Of a stretch of DNA of 64,000 nucleotides, positions 30,899-39,290 are shown in pieces (the first letter of the stretch is position 1; each line of letters begins with the position of its first letter). The stretch is from an uncultured delta proteobacterium (GTDB lineage Bacteria; Myxococcota_A; Polyangia; Fen-1088), in assembly GCA_963767925.1 (NCBI GenBank), contig CAVYGB010000002.1, positions 512,001 through 576,000 of the forward strand, read 5' to 3'. The translations under genes were made by a program, and so were the position numbers. The notes below the pieces were generated by a model that made no database searches, had not been told where the DNA came from, and saw nothing but the letters and a program-made list of their open reading frames with translations.

Positions 30899-31050
30899 GT
30901 CCGTTCGCCCCCGCCCCGCGGCAGCGGGGAGATTCCTCGTGACGCCGGAGACGGCCTCACCCCCACTGAAGGAAATGGTGAGATCCGTGATCTGGAGCGG
31001 TTGCGGCCCCATTTCCATAGCAGGGAGGGGTGAGGGGCCTCCGCTCGAAC
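30899..31050. repeat. REP right arm interrupted by insert
   Basis: Matches 15921-16062. Confidence 0.85.
30932..31021. mobile_element. 90-bp REP-inserted element, copy 2
   Basis: Same insertion point in the REP arm as copy 1; internal inverted repeat ggaaatgg/ccatttcc. Confidence 0.6.
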
Positions 31051-31074
31051 AGGGACGCTGGCCCCGCCGGACCT

Positions 31075-31553
31075 CACAGGTTCCGCTCCATCCAGTCGGT
31101 GGCAAACTTCACGAACGGCCGGGCGGCCAGGAGCTCGAGCGCATCGACCGCCTGGCCGCGCGCCTCACTGATCAGGACGTCGCGGTGCTGGGGACGGTCG
31201 CCAACCTCTCCAGCAATGCCATCTCCCTCCTAGCCAAAGGCGAGCCGGGCCCCCTCCTAGCGTTGAGGCTTTCGGCCGATGGCCGGTCGATCGGGTACTA
31301 CCCCCGCGTGCCCCCGCCCCGAACCAATCGCGCGTTCGAAGACTCCTACACCCTTGAACCCATCAACCTCATCGCAGTCAACGAGCTGGCCGCCGATGGG
31401 TGCGTTCTCGTGGGTGACCTCGCCGCCGGCGGCCTTCGCGAGGGAGAGCGCTTCATAGAAGTGACCGCCTTGGGTCACCTCTTCGTGACCGCCCTGAAGC
31501 GAGAACCGCTCGCGTCCGTGATGGCCGCGACGGCGACAGGAGCAAGCCCGTAG
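31075..31553 (+). pseudogene. 5'-truncated gene fragment, possibly Abi-alpha/DUF4393-like winged-helix C-terminus
   Basis: LAARLTDQDVAVL...LAADGCV...VTALGHLFVTAL; no start codon after the REP; atypical codons. Confidence 0.3.
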
Positions 31554-31686
31554 CAACCTCCAGCTCGAGACGCCCGATACCTCCCGTGCATCTGGCGAGT
31601 GACACCCACATCTGTGCGCGGCCGCGGAAGGATGAGTACCAACTCCGGCGGCACACGGTTCGAAAGCGGATGACTGCCAAGCTGCA

Positions 31687-31793
31687 TGCGCATTTCGGTC
31701 ATCGTGAACGCCGCGATCGGAGCATCGTGAACGGAGCGATCGGACCATCGTGAACGGGGCTGGTCGGAGCGAAGCGACGCTGGTGATGGGTGG
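31687..31793 (-). mobile_element. IS21-family right end with internal repeats
   Basis: Starts tgcgcatttcgg; atcgtgaacg at 31701, 31724, 31747 (23-bp period); directly follows the istB stop. Confidence 0.8.
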
Positions 31794-32097
31794 TCAGGGG
31801 TTGGTGGTCTCCTCTTTGCGCTTACTCGGTCCCTTTAGAGCCAGCCGCTGAAACCTGTGGAGAATTTGCGCCGATGGGCGAAACGAGGTATCGAGGCCGG
31901 GACGCGTGCTCGTGGGCGTGTTCGAGCGCGTGTTCGAGTTCGAGTTCGTGTGGGGCGAGCGTTGAGCGGCCAGGCGGCTCTCGGTGCGCGTAAATCACGC
32001 GAGCCGAGGCCCGCGGGCCGAACACGCTCACCACACACGGACACGAACTCGAACACGCGCTCGCACACGAGCACGACCACGACAGCCGCGGCAGTCA

Positions 32098-32352
32098 TCA
32101 GGGTTGGTGGCGGTGCATGCCGGCGAGCCGAGTGAGCATCGCGCACAGCCGGCCGAGCAGAGACATCACCGCTTCGATCTCGGTATCGGGAGCAAGTCCC
32201 AGGATTGCAACCGCCTCCAAGGCGGCTGCCGCCTCGGACGCTTCGCCTCTGGCGGTGCGGAACCGTGAGATCCTGTCGGCGCCCGTTCGGCTGGATGCCT
32301 CGGCGATGCCCAGGTATGCCGACAACAGCGCGCGCCGAAGCTGGTCCTGCAA
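32098..32352 (-). pseudogene. Four-helix-bundle (23S-IVP/Avd-like) gene lacking its N-terminus
   Basis: LQDQLRRALLSAYLGIAEAS..RFRTARGEASE..AMLTRL. Confidence 0.8.
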
Positions 32353-32464
32353 CAAGCTCAAGACCGGGTGCCTCATCCGCTGGGAACGCAAAGCCGAGAA
32401 TTACTTAGCCTTCGTTCGGCTCGCCTGTGCGCTGATTGCCTTCAACGCTGCCTCTCGTGCGTAA
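32351..32464 (+). pseudogene. IS5-family transposase C-terminal remnant
   Basis: LIRWERKAENYLAFVRLACALI*. Confidence 0.85.
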
Positions 32465-32644
32465 TTCACAGGTTTCAGCGGCTCACTCTTAACACGATCT
32501 TGTGGGCTCGGTGGAGGACCCGGTCGACGATGGTGTCGGCGGTGAGTGTCAAGGTAGTTGCGGCCTGAATCGTCTTCTCTCAATGAGAGCGTGTTTAGAA
32601 AGCCCCCGTCGCCAAACGGCGAGGCTCAGGCCAATCACGGTGAG

Positions 32645-33163
32645 TGTCAAGGTAGTTGCCGCCATTTTCTGGTCGATTTCTCGGCTGCGTGAATGGGGGC
32701 TCCCGCGGCCTCAGGCGGAAGGAGTGGTGCGGGGACCGGGACGTCCCCCCGCCCGGCGTGTGGGGATTCTCGAGGAGTGCTCGGCGCCGTAAAGGCTGCC
32801 CTCGCTGCGCTCGGCGGCTACGCGGGTCGGACCCGCTGCGCCGGCCTTGACGGCGCCTGCGCTCTCCCCGTCGCTCCGCCTATGCCGGCCAAGGGGGAGG
32901 CTGGGCGGCGGACTCGGTGCTAAAGCATCCGCCGCAGCGGGCGTAGATTTTCGGTGCCCAGACCGAAGCGCGGGGTTCAGCTCGACGACCTCGATGCGGC
33001 CCCAGTTGCGAGTGTCGCCCGTCCAGCGCGCGGGATTGCGTTCGCGGGCGGCGCCGTAGACCTGCTTGCGGTTCTCCAGGATGGCGATTTCGTGGCCGTC
33101 GTGGCGCTGGGCGGGGGTGACGAAGCGGATCCCGCTGTGCTGATGGTCCTCGTTATACCAAGA
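32645..33163 (-). mobile_element. IS3-family remnant (transposase C-terminus, structured 3' region, right end)
   Basis: WYNEDHQHSGIRFVTPAQRH...NPARWTGDTRNW; end tgtcaaggtagttgccgcc; internal inverted repeat ggcgccgtaaaggc/gccttgacggcgcc. Confidence 0.8.
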
Positions 33164-33288
33164 CGGCGGGGGCAAGGGTGGTCGGTCGGACTTCCGTCGC
33201 TCTCGGTCGTTCTCGAGCTGATGATGGAGATCCACGCGCAGCTTGCGCCGGGCGAGGACTTGGAGCGTGAGGTGAGGAGGGAACGTGC

Positions 33289-34683
33289 ATGGCTTGCCAG
33301 GCGGGCGATTCCTGCCTTCCCGCGAACCCCTGCCACGAAGGGACCCTCGATTGCGCTGGAGGTGCCGCTGCGTGCACGGATAGCGGTCGGGTCAAGGCGG
33401 CCGGGAGCCAGTGCGGGGTGAACAAGGTCTGTGGTTCGGCCGGTGAGTGCGTGGCCTGCGTGGCCGGCATGGCCTGCGAGCTTCCACAAGAGCCCTGCAA
33501 GACCGGAAAGATCGAATGCACCACCGGCGCTCCTGCCTGCGTGACTTCCGGCAATGCTCAGAATGGCAAAGCCTGCGGCGACGGTCGCGTCTGTCGCGAT
33601 GGAACCTGCGAGACCTGCGCCGACGGGATGCCCTGCACCCCAGACAACAAGTGCCACACCGGCACGCTCTCCTGCACGAGCGGACGGCCCACCTGCATGG
33701 ACTCCGGGACGAACACCCGGAACGGCACCCAGTGCGGAAACAACCAGTTCTGCAGCAACGGAAGCTGTGTCGCCTGCACGCCGAACATGGCCTGCACGCC
33801 GAACAACAATTCCTGCAAGACCGGCCGCACGTCCTGCGAGACCGGCACGTCCCAGTGCGAGGAGATGGGGAATCAACGAGACGGGGCGGGCTGCGGAGAC
33901 GGCCGCGTCTGCCGGGCCGGGGAGTGCGTGAGCTGCGGAGGGCAAGGACAGCCATGCTGCGGGAGCGCCTGCAACGGCGGGCCGAGTTGCTCGGCTGGCA
34001 ACGTGGTTTCGCCTTTCTGCGACAATGGCACCTGCCGGGAGCGGGTCAGCGATGACTGCGACCCCTGCGAAGATTGCAGCGGCAACCGATGTGTGGCGAA
34101 GCAGTGTGGATCCAATTCAGTCTGTCGGGGTGGATCGTGCGTGGGTTGCGGCGGACAGAGTCAGCCCTGTTGCCCGAGCGGTTCGAACGGCGGTTGCGTA
34201 GGCAACCCCGCCTGCTCCGGCAGCAGCGTGGTCGCACCGTTCTGCGACAACGGTACTTGTCGCGAGCGAGACAGCCAACGATGCGGCTCTTGCGACGATT
34301 GTATCGGCAACCGTTGCGTGCCAAAAAACTGCGGATCCGGCCAGTGTAGAGAGGGAAGGTGTGTGGAGGTCGTCGACAATGGCAGGAGTTGCGGGGCGAA
34401 TGCCGTCTGCAAACCAGGGTCGAGCTGCAGGAACGGCCTCTGCTGTACCAACGGCACCAAGTGCCTCGGAACCGGCGCCTTGTGCATCGCCGACACCGCA
34501 GTCGCACCCTACCGGGCCAGGGACTGCGCCAGCGGACTATGCGACGTCAGCGTCGGCGGGGTTGGCGCGGTCTGCGTCGGAGGGTCCAACAATGGCGGAG
34601 GATGCATCGGCCCTCCAGAGGACCCCGAGCAGTGTGGGATGCCTGGCACGTGCCGCTGGACTGGTTCCTGCGCGGCGCCGTGA
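33289..34683 (+). CDS. Cysteine-rich repeat protein, probably N-terminally truncated
   Basis: Repeated CxxGxxCxPxxxCxxGxxxC units; begins mid-repeat (EGTC|MAC) beside IS debris; no signal peptide. Confidence 0.75.
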   Translation: MACQAGDSCLPANPCHEGTLDCAGGAAACTDSGRVKAAGSQCGVNKVCGSAGECVACVAGMACELPQEPCKTGKIECTTGAPACVTSGNAQNGKACGDGRVCRDGTCETCADGMPCTPDNKCHTGTLSCTSGRPTCMDSGTNTRNGTQCGNNQFCSNGSCVACTPNMACTPNNNSCKTGRTSCETGTSQCEEMGNQRDGAGCGDGRVCRAGECVSCGGQGQPCCGSACNGGPSCSAGNVVSPFCDNGTCRERVSDDCDPCEDCSGNRCVAKQCGSNSVCRGGSCVGCGGQSQPCCPSGSNGGCVGNPACSGSSVVAPFCDNGTCRERDSQRCGSCDDCIGNRCVPKNCGSGQCREGRCVEVVDNGRSCGANAVCKPGSSCRNGLCCTNGTKCLGTGALCIADTAVAPYRARDCASGLCDVSVGGVGAVCVGGSNNGGGCIGPPEDPEQCGMPGTCRWTGSCAAP

Positions 34684-34868
34684 CCCGTCCCCGCACGAGC
34701 CGCGGAAGTTTGCAGTCCCGATCCATGCAGCAGCAGCCAAGGCTTCAGGGCGCCCCCGAACACGTGTCGGGCTAGTTTAGTCTAGCTAGTCTTAGTCTAG
34801 CCGGACCGCACCGGAGGGCGCCGGCCCCGCAAGGGCGGGGCTCGGCACCTTACGGTGTCGCGGGACGT

Positions 34869-36029
34869 CTACTGCACGTCGCGGTGCCAGGGCACTTCGA
34901 GGCCCTCGACGTCGTTCATCACGCGGAGGATGCCTCGGCCGTTTCCGGCAATATACATGTCGGAGCATCGGAGCGCGCCGGCGCCAAACTCGATGTTCGC
35001 ACCGGGAACCTCGGCACCGATTCGGAGACGTGTCACCTGCTTCTGCGGGGTGATCTTGAACAGACCGTTTGCGGTGACGTACATGTTGCCCATCTTGTCG
35101 AACGCGATGCCGTCCGCGTTCCCGGACCCCATTCCGACCGCCATGAACATCTCCTGCGCGGTCGCGACGCCATTCGCAAGCCTGAGCTGCGTCACGGTTG
35201 CCTGGGTGTACGAGAGCACGTAGAGGTTCTTGTCCGGACCAAAGGCCAGGCCGTTTGGCTGCGTGATGGCAGCCATGTTGACCTTCTGGAGCATCTTCGT
35301 ATTCAGGTCGAACCGCCATACGTTGTTCGTGTTCTGGGTCGAGAAGTAGACCGCGTCGTCTTCACCGAGGATCACGCCATTGATCCCAGCTTCGACCGCA
35401 GTCAGGGTGGCCACCGTGGGCGGTGTCTTCGTCAGATCGACGGCGATCAGCGCGTTCCCGGTCCGGCGTCCGCCATAGATCGCCTTGCGCTTGGGGTCGT
35501 ACGTAATGCCGAGCACCGTGGCTCCGATGTCCACGAAGTTGGCTTCCGGCGCCGCCGTATAGGGCGGACGGTGCCGGCCCAGGAACGGCGTGTTGCCGCC
35601 TGAATAAGGCGCCGTCCAGTAGATCGTTCCATCCGGCGCGATGGTGAGACCTTCGGCGGTCGGGATACCCATGAAGCTCGCCTCGCTCATCCCGCACTTG
35701 ACGGCCGCCGCGGCCCCACCGGTATCCCCACTGCTCCCGCCATCAGACGGGCGGCCGGAGTCGGGGGTGCGGCCGGTGTCGGGGGTGCGGCCGCTGTCGG
35801 GGCCGCGCGCGTCGGGGGCGCGGCCACCGGAGCCGCCCGAGCCGGCGCTGCCGCCGGTGCCGGCCGAGCCACCGGTGCCGGCGCTACCGCCGGTGCCGCT
35901 GCTGCCGCCGCGGCCGCCGGTGGCGGAGCCGCCGGTTCCGCCGGTGCCGCCGCCGGGGTCGGGGTCGCTGGAGCAGGCACCGAGGGCGAAGGTCAGGGCG
36001 AGGCAGGTTCGGACCAGAATCGGCTTCAT
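34869..36029 (-). CDS. SMP-30/gluconolactonase-like beta-propeller lipoprotein
   Basis: ALGAC lipobox, GTGG linker, AEG, PNGLAFGPD, ADGIAFD, ANIEFG; RBS ggagag. Confidence 0.82.
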   Translation of the reverse strand: MKPILVRTCLALTFALGACSSDPDPGGGTGGTGGSATGGRGGSSGTGGSAGTGGSAGTGGSAGSGGSGGRAPDARGPDSGRTPDTGRTPDSGRPSDGGSSGDTGGAAAAVKCGMSEASFMGIPTAEGLTIAPDGTIYWTAPYSGGNTPFLGRHRPPYTAAPEANFVDIGATVLGITYDPKRKAIYGGRRTGNALIAVDLTKTPPTVATLTAVEAGINGVILGEDDAVYFSTQNTNNVWRFDLNTKMLQKVNMAAITQPNGLAFGPDKNLYVLSYTQATVTQLRLANGVATAQEMFMAVGMGSGNADGIAFDKMGNMYVTANGLFKITPQKQVTRLRIGAEVPGANIEFGAGALRCSDMYIAGNGRGILRVMNDVEGLEVPWHRDVQ

Positions 36030-36257
36030 GTCACTCTCCGGGCAAAGGGGGTTCGCTGCGGTACCGGCCGGCGCAACACCCCTTCTCACCGCACCACAAA
36101 GAGCCGACGGCTGGTGTGTGAGCATGTGCCTCCGGGTGGGGCCAAAGTCAACCCGGGCACGGCTCCTGAGCGGGAGAAACCGTTTTCACGAACCGGGCGG
36201 ATCTCCTGCGCAGGGAGGTTTCGGGCCATGCGGCCCGGCGTTATCGTGGCGGCGGTG

Positions 36258-37091
36258 ATGACGCCCGCTTCGCCTGGCGCCGGGATGCCGCGGACGTTGC
36301 CCGCGGGGCACCGGCGCTTCCTCGACAACCTCGTGCGCGTGCTGCCCGAGGACGCGCGGATCGTGGGGATCGCGATCGGGGGGTCGTTCCTGTCCGATTC
36401 GATGGACGCCTTCAGCGATCTCGATCTCGTCATCGCGGTCGAGCCGGCCGACTACGCGGGGGTGCAAGCGGCGCGGCCGGCCATCGCGGCCTCGCTGGGC
36501 AACCTGCTGGCGGCGTTCACCGGCGAGCACGTGGGCGAGCCGCGGTTGCTGATCTGCCTCTATGGCGAGCCGCTGCTGCACGTCGATCTGAAGTTCGTGG
36601 CGCTCGACGACCTCGCCGCGCGGATCGAAGATCCCTTCGTGCTGTGGGAGCGGCAGGGGCGGGTCAGCGCCGTGCTGGCTCGGACGCAAGCCCGGTATCC
36701 GCGGCCCGACCGGCAGTGGATCGAGGACCGGTTCTGGACCTGGGTCCACTACGGGGCGGCCAAGATCGGGCGGGGTGAGCTGCTGGAGACGGTCGACTTC
36801 CTGGGCGGCCTGCGGGGGCAGGTGCTGGCTCCCCTCGGCGCCGAGCGCGCTGGCCGCCGGCCCGGCGGCGTGCGGCGTATCGAGGCCGCCCTGCCCGACC
36901 TGGCGGTCGAGCTGCGAGCGACGCTCGCCGGCGCGACCACCGGCGATTGCCTGCGCGCGCTGCGGGCGTGCGTGGAGCTCTATCGATCCTTGCGCGCGGC
37001 GGGCCCGGCCATCACGGAGCGGACGGTTGCCGAGCGGGCGGCGGTTGAGTATCTAGACGAGATTGCGCAGGGCGCGCCCGCGGGATCCTGA
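36258..37091 (+). CDS. Pol-beta-type nucleotidyltransferase domain protein; start uncertain
   Basis: GGS...DAFSDLDL, HVDLKF, WIEDRFWTW, KIGRGE. Confidence 0.8.
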   Translation: MTPASPGAGMPRTLPAGHRRFLDNLVRVLPEDARIVGIAIGGSFLSDSMDAFSDLDLVIAVEPADYAGVQAARPAIAASLGNLLAAFTGEHVGEPRLLICLYGEPLLHVDLKFVALDDLAARIEDPFVLWERQGRVSAVLARTQARYPRPDRQWIEDRFWTWVHYGAAKIGRGELLETVDFLGGLRGQVLAPLGAERAGRRPGGVRRIEAALPDLAVELRATLAGATTGDCLRALRACVELYRSLRAAGPAITERTVAERAAVEYLDEIAQGAPAGS

Positions 37092-37154
37092 CCGCGGCAT
37101 TCGACCATTCGGAGTGTCTGCGCGCGGGAGGGCGCCCGAACAGGCAACCGCCCT

Positions 37155-37230
37155 CCCCCTGCCCTCTCCTCACGGCAGACCGCGGGGAGAGGGTTCTGCT
37201 GGCTGCTGGCTGCTGGCTGCTGGCTGCTGG
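37155..37230. repeat. Degenerate REP arm followed by (CTGCTGG)5 heptamer run
   Basis: ccctctcctcacggcagaccgcggggagaggg; ctgctgg x5 at 37196-37230. Confidence 0.65.
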
Positions 37231-37575
37231 CCCCTGGTTCCTGCCTGTTTGTTGGCTGTTGGCTGCTGGCGCAATCGAGTGGGAGGAGGTAGGCAAAAGT
37301 GGGAAAAAGCGCGAATTTTGCCGGGGTTTTTGAGAGCGGGAGATGTCGTTCGGGGTGGCGGGGAGGGATGAAGCGAGTAAGGTTTGCCCCGTTCGAGCCG
37401 ATGTAATCCGGGGCAAAGCTGAGGGCCGAAGGGCCTGATCCGCTGGACGCGAGGTGCTCGCGGTCCGGTGTGACGAGGTGGGGTGCTGGGATCTCCGGCG
37501 GACGTTGAATGGATCCGTGTGCGCGCCGGGGCAGCTCGTGCCCGGCGTGTGCGGCGGACGCGGCGAGGAGGTCCC

Positions 37576-39279
37576 ATGTTCGGGCAGGTCACACGCAACA
37601 CTTCTTTGTCCATGCTGCTGGTTTGCGCGGCGGGCGCGGGCGGATGCAGCGGGGAGATCGTCGGCGGCCCGGGCGGCCCCGGCGCGGGCGCCGGGGGTGG
37701 TGGTGGCGGCTCTGGCGGGGCGCCGGGGGCCAGCGTGCCGCCGCCGCCCGCGGGCGACGATCGCGTCTTCTTCGCCAGCGCCGTGCGCCGCCTGACCAAG
37801 GGCGAGCTGCGCGGCACCCTCTCGGAGCTGCTGGGCCTCGACCTCGGCGCCGAGCTGAGCAAGTTCCCCGAGGACTTCTCGGAGGCGGGCGACGTGTTCG
37901 CCTTCGACAACAACTACGCCCACCAGGAGCCGTCGGCCAGCTTGGTAGAGGCGGCCCGCAACCTGGCCGACGTGGCCGGCGCGCGCGTGCTGTCCGACGC
38001 GGCCCTGCGCGGGCGCCTCGTCTCCTGCACGCCGAGCGGTCCGGGCGACGCCGACTGCCTGCGCAGCTTCGTGAGCGGCTTCGGGCGGCGGGTGCTGCGG
38101 CGGCCGCTGACCGACGTCGAGGTCGACGGCTACGTCGCCAGGACGCGCCCGGCGGCGATGGAGGCTGGCGACTTTCACCGGGCGGTCAGCCTGGTGGTGC
38201 GCGCGCTGCTGCAGGACGTGGAGTTCCTGTACCGGGCCGAGGTGGGCGTGCCGGTACAGGGGGTGGACGGCCTGCACAAGCTGACCGGCCCCGAGGTGGC
38301 GTCGCGCCTCTCCTTCTTCTTGTGGGGCACCGGCCCCGACGACGGACTGCTCGACGCCGCCGCCAGCGGGGACCGGCTGCAGAGCCCTGCCGCCATCCGC
38401 ACCGCCGCCGAGACCATGCTGGCCGACCCGCGCACCCGCCGGGGCGTCGCCCGCTTCCACGGCCTGTGGCTCGGTTTCGAGCGGCAGCCGCCGCCGGCGC
38501 TGGCCGGCGCCATGCTGGAGGAGACCCGCCGCCTCATCGACAAGATCGTCTTCGAGGACAAGCGCCCCTGGCTGGATCTGTTCCGGGCCAGGGAGACCTA
38601 CCTCGACAGCGCCCTGGCCGCCCACTACGGCCTGCCCGCCCCCGCGGGCGGCGCCGGCTGGGTAGCCTACGGCGACTCGGGCCGCCAGGGCATCCTCGCG
38701 CACGGCACCTTCCTCGGCGTCGAGCGCAAGCACGAGGACACCAGCCCCACCATGCGCGGGGCCTTCGTGCGCACCCGCCTGCTGTGCCAGGTGGTGCCCC
38801 CTCCCCCGCCCGAGCTGATGGTCGACATCGACGCCGTGCCCACCGAAGGCGCCTGCAAGAGCGACCGCTACAGCATGTGGAAGAAGGACGGCTGCCGGGG
38901 TTGCCACGTGCTGATGGACCCCATCGGGCACGGGCTCGAGACCTTCGATCGCACGGGCCGGCGGCGCACCCTCGCGCCGTCCGACGCGGGCAAGGCCGGC
39001 TGCGCGCTCGAGGGGCGCGGGGAGCTGGCGAGCGGCAGCGAGAGCGCCCCCTTCACGGGGGTGGCGGGGCTGAGCGATCGGCTGGTCGACTCGGGCACGC
39101 TGGAGCGCTGCCTGACCACCCAGCTCGCCAGCTACCTGCTGGGCCGCGCCCCCCGCGGCGATGAGGTGGCGCTGTTCGAGCGGGTGGCGGGGCGCTTTGC
39201 CGCCGGCGAGCACCGCTTCGATCGGATGTTGCTCGACATCGTGAGCTTGCCCGGCTTCGGCTACCGGATGGCCGAGTGA
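37576..39279 (+). CDS. DUF1592/DUF1595/DUF1588-family lipoprotein
   Basis: VRRLTKGE, FDNN, FGRRVLRRPL, FLYRAE, ASRLSFFLW, TSPTMRG, CRGCH..MDPIG; RBS gaggagg. Confidence 0.9.
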   Translation: MFGQVTRNTSLSMLLVCAAGAGGCSGEIVGGPGGPGAGAGGGGGGSGGAPGASVPPPPAGDDRVFFASAVRRLTKGELRGTLSELLGLDLGAELSKFPEDFSEAGDVFAFDNNYAHQEPSASLVEAARNLADVAGARVLSDAALRGRLVSCTPSGPGDADCLRSFVSGFGRRVLRRPLTDVEVDGYVARTRPAAMEAGDFHRAVSLVVRALLQDVEFLYRAEVGVPVQGVDGLHKLTGPEVASRLSFFLWGTGPDDGLLDAAASGDRLQSPAAIRTAAETMLADPRTRRGVARFHGLWLGFERQPPPALAGAMLEETRRLIDKIVFEDKRPWLDLFRARETYLDSALAAHYGLPAPAGGAGWVAYGDSGRQGILAHGTFLGVERKHEDTSPTMRGAFVRTRLLCQVVPPPPPELMVDIDAVPTEGACKSDRYSMWKKDGCRGCHVLMDPIGHGLETFDRTGRRRTLAPSDAGKAGCALEGRGELASGSESAPFTGVAGLSDRLVDSGTLERCLTTQLASYLLGRAPRGDEVALFERVAGRFAAGEHRFDRMLLDIVSLPGFGYRMAE

Positions 39280-39290
39280 GGAGGCGGACC

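Larger units (their letters stand above)
31838..32488. mobile_element. Non-autonomous IS5-family-derived element with passenger DNA
   Basis: 22-bp TIR gagNNagccgctgaaacctgtg at both ends; TTA duplication at 31835-37 and 32489-91; transposase tail at the right end. Confidence 0.9.
31794..32546 (-). pseudogene. istB: istB 3' fragment split by a 651-bp insertion
   Basis: Removing 31838-32488 and one TTA yields LTADTIVDRVLHRAHKIVLKGPSKRKEETTNP*, a typical IstB C-terminus. Confidence 0.85.

Noticed and set aside
31695..31760. CRISPR-like or iteron-like 23-bp repeats
   Set aside because: Explained as IS21 terminal repeats directly after the istB stop
27292..32352. Diversity-generating retroelement (repeat pair plus Avd-like gene)
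   Set aside because: No reverse transcriptase, no adenine-specific mismatches, and the four-helix gene is truncated cargo
36258..37091. Antibiotic-resistance gene call for the nucleotidyltransferase
   Set aside because: Fold-level motifs only; substrate cannot be assigned from sequence
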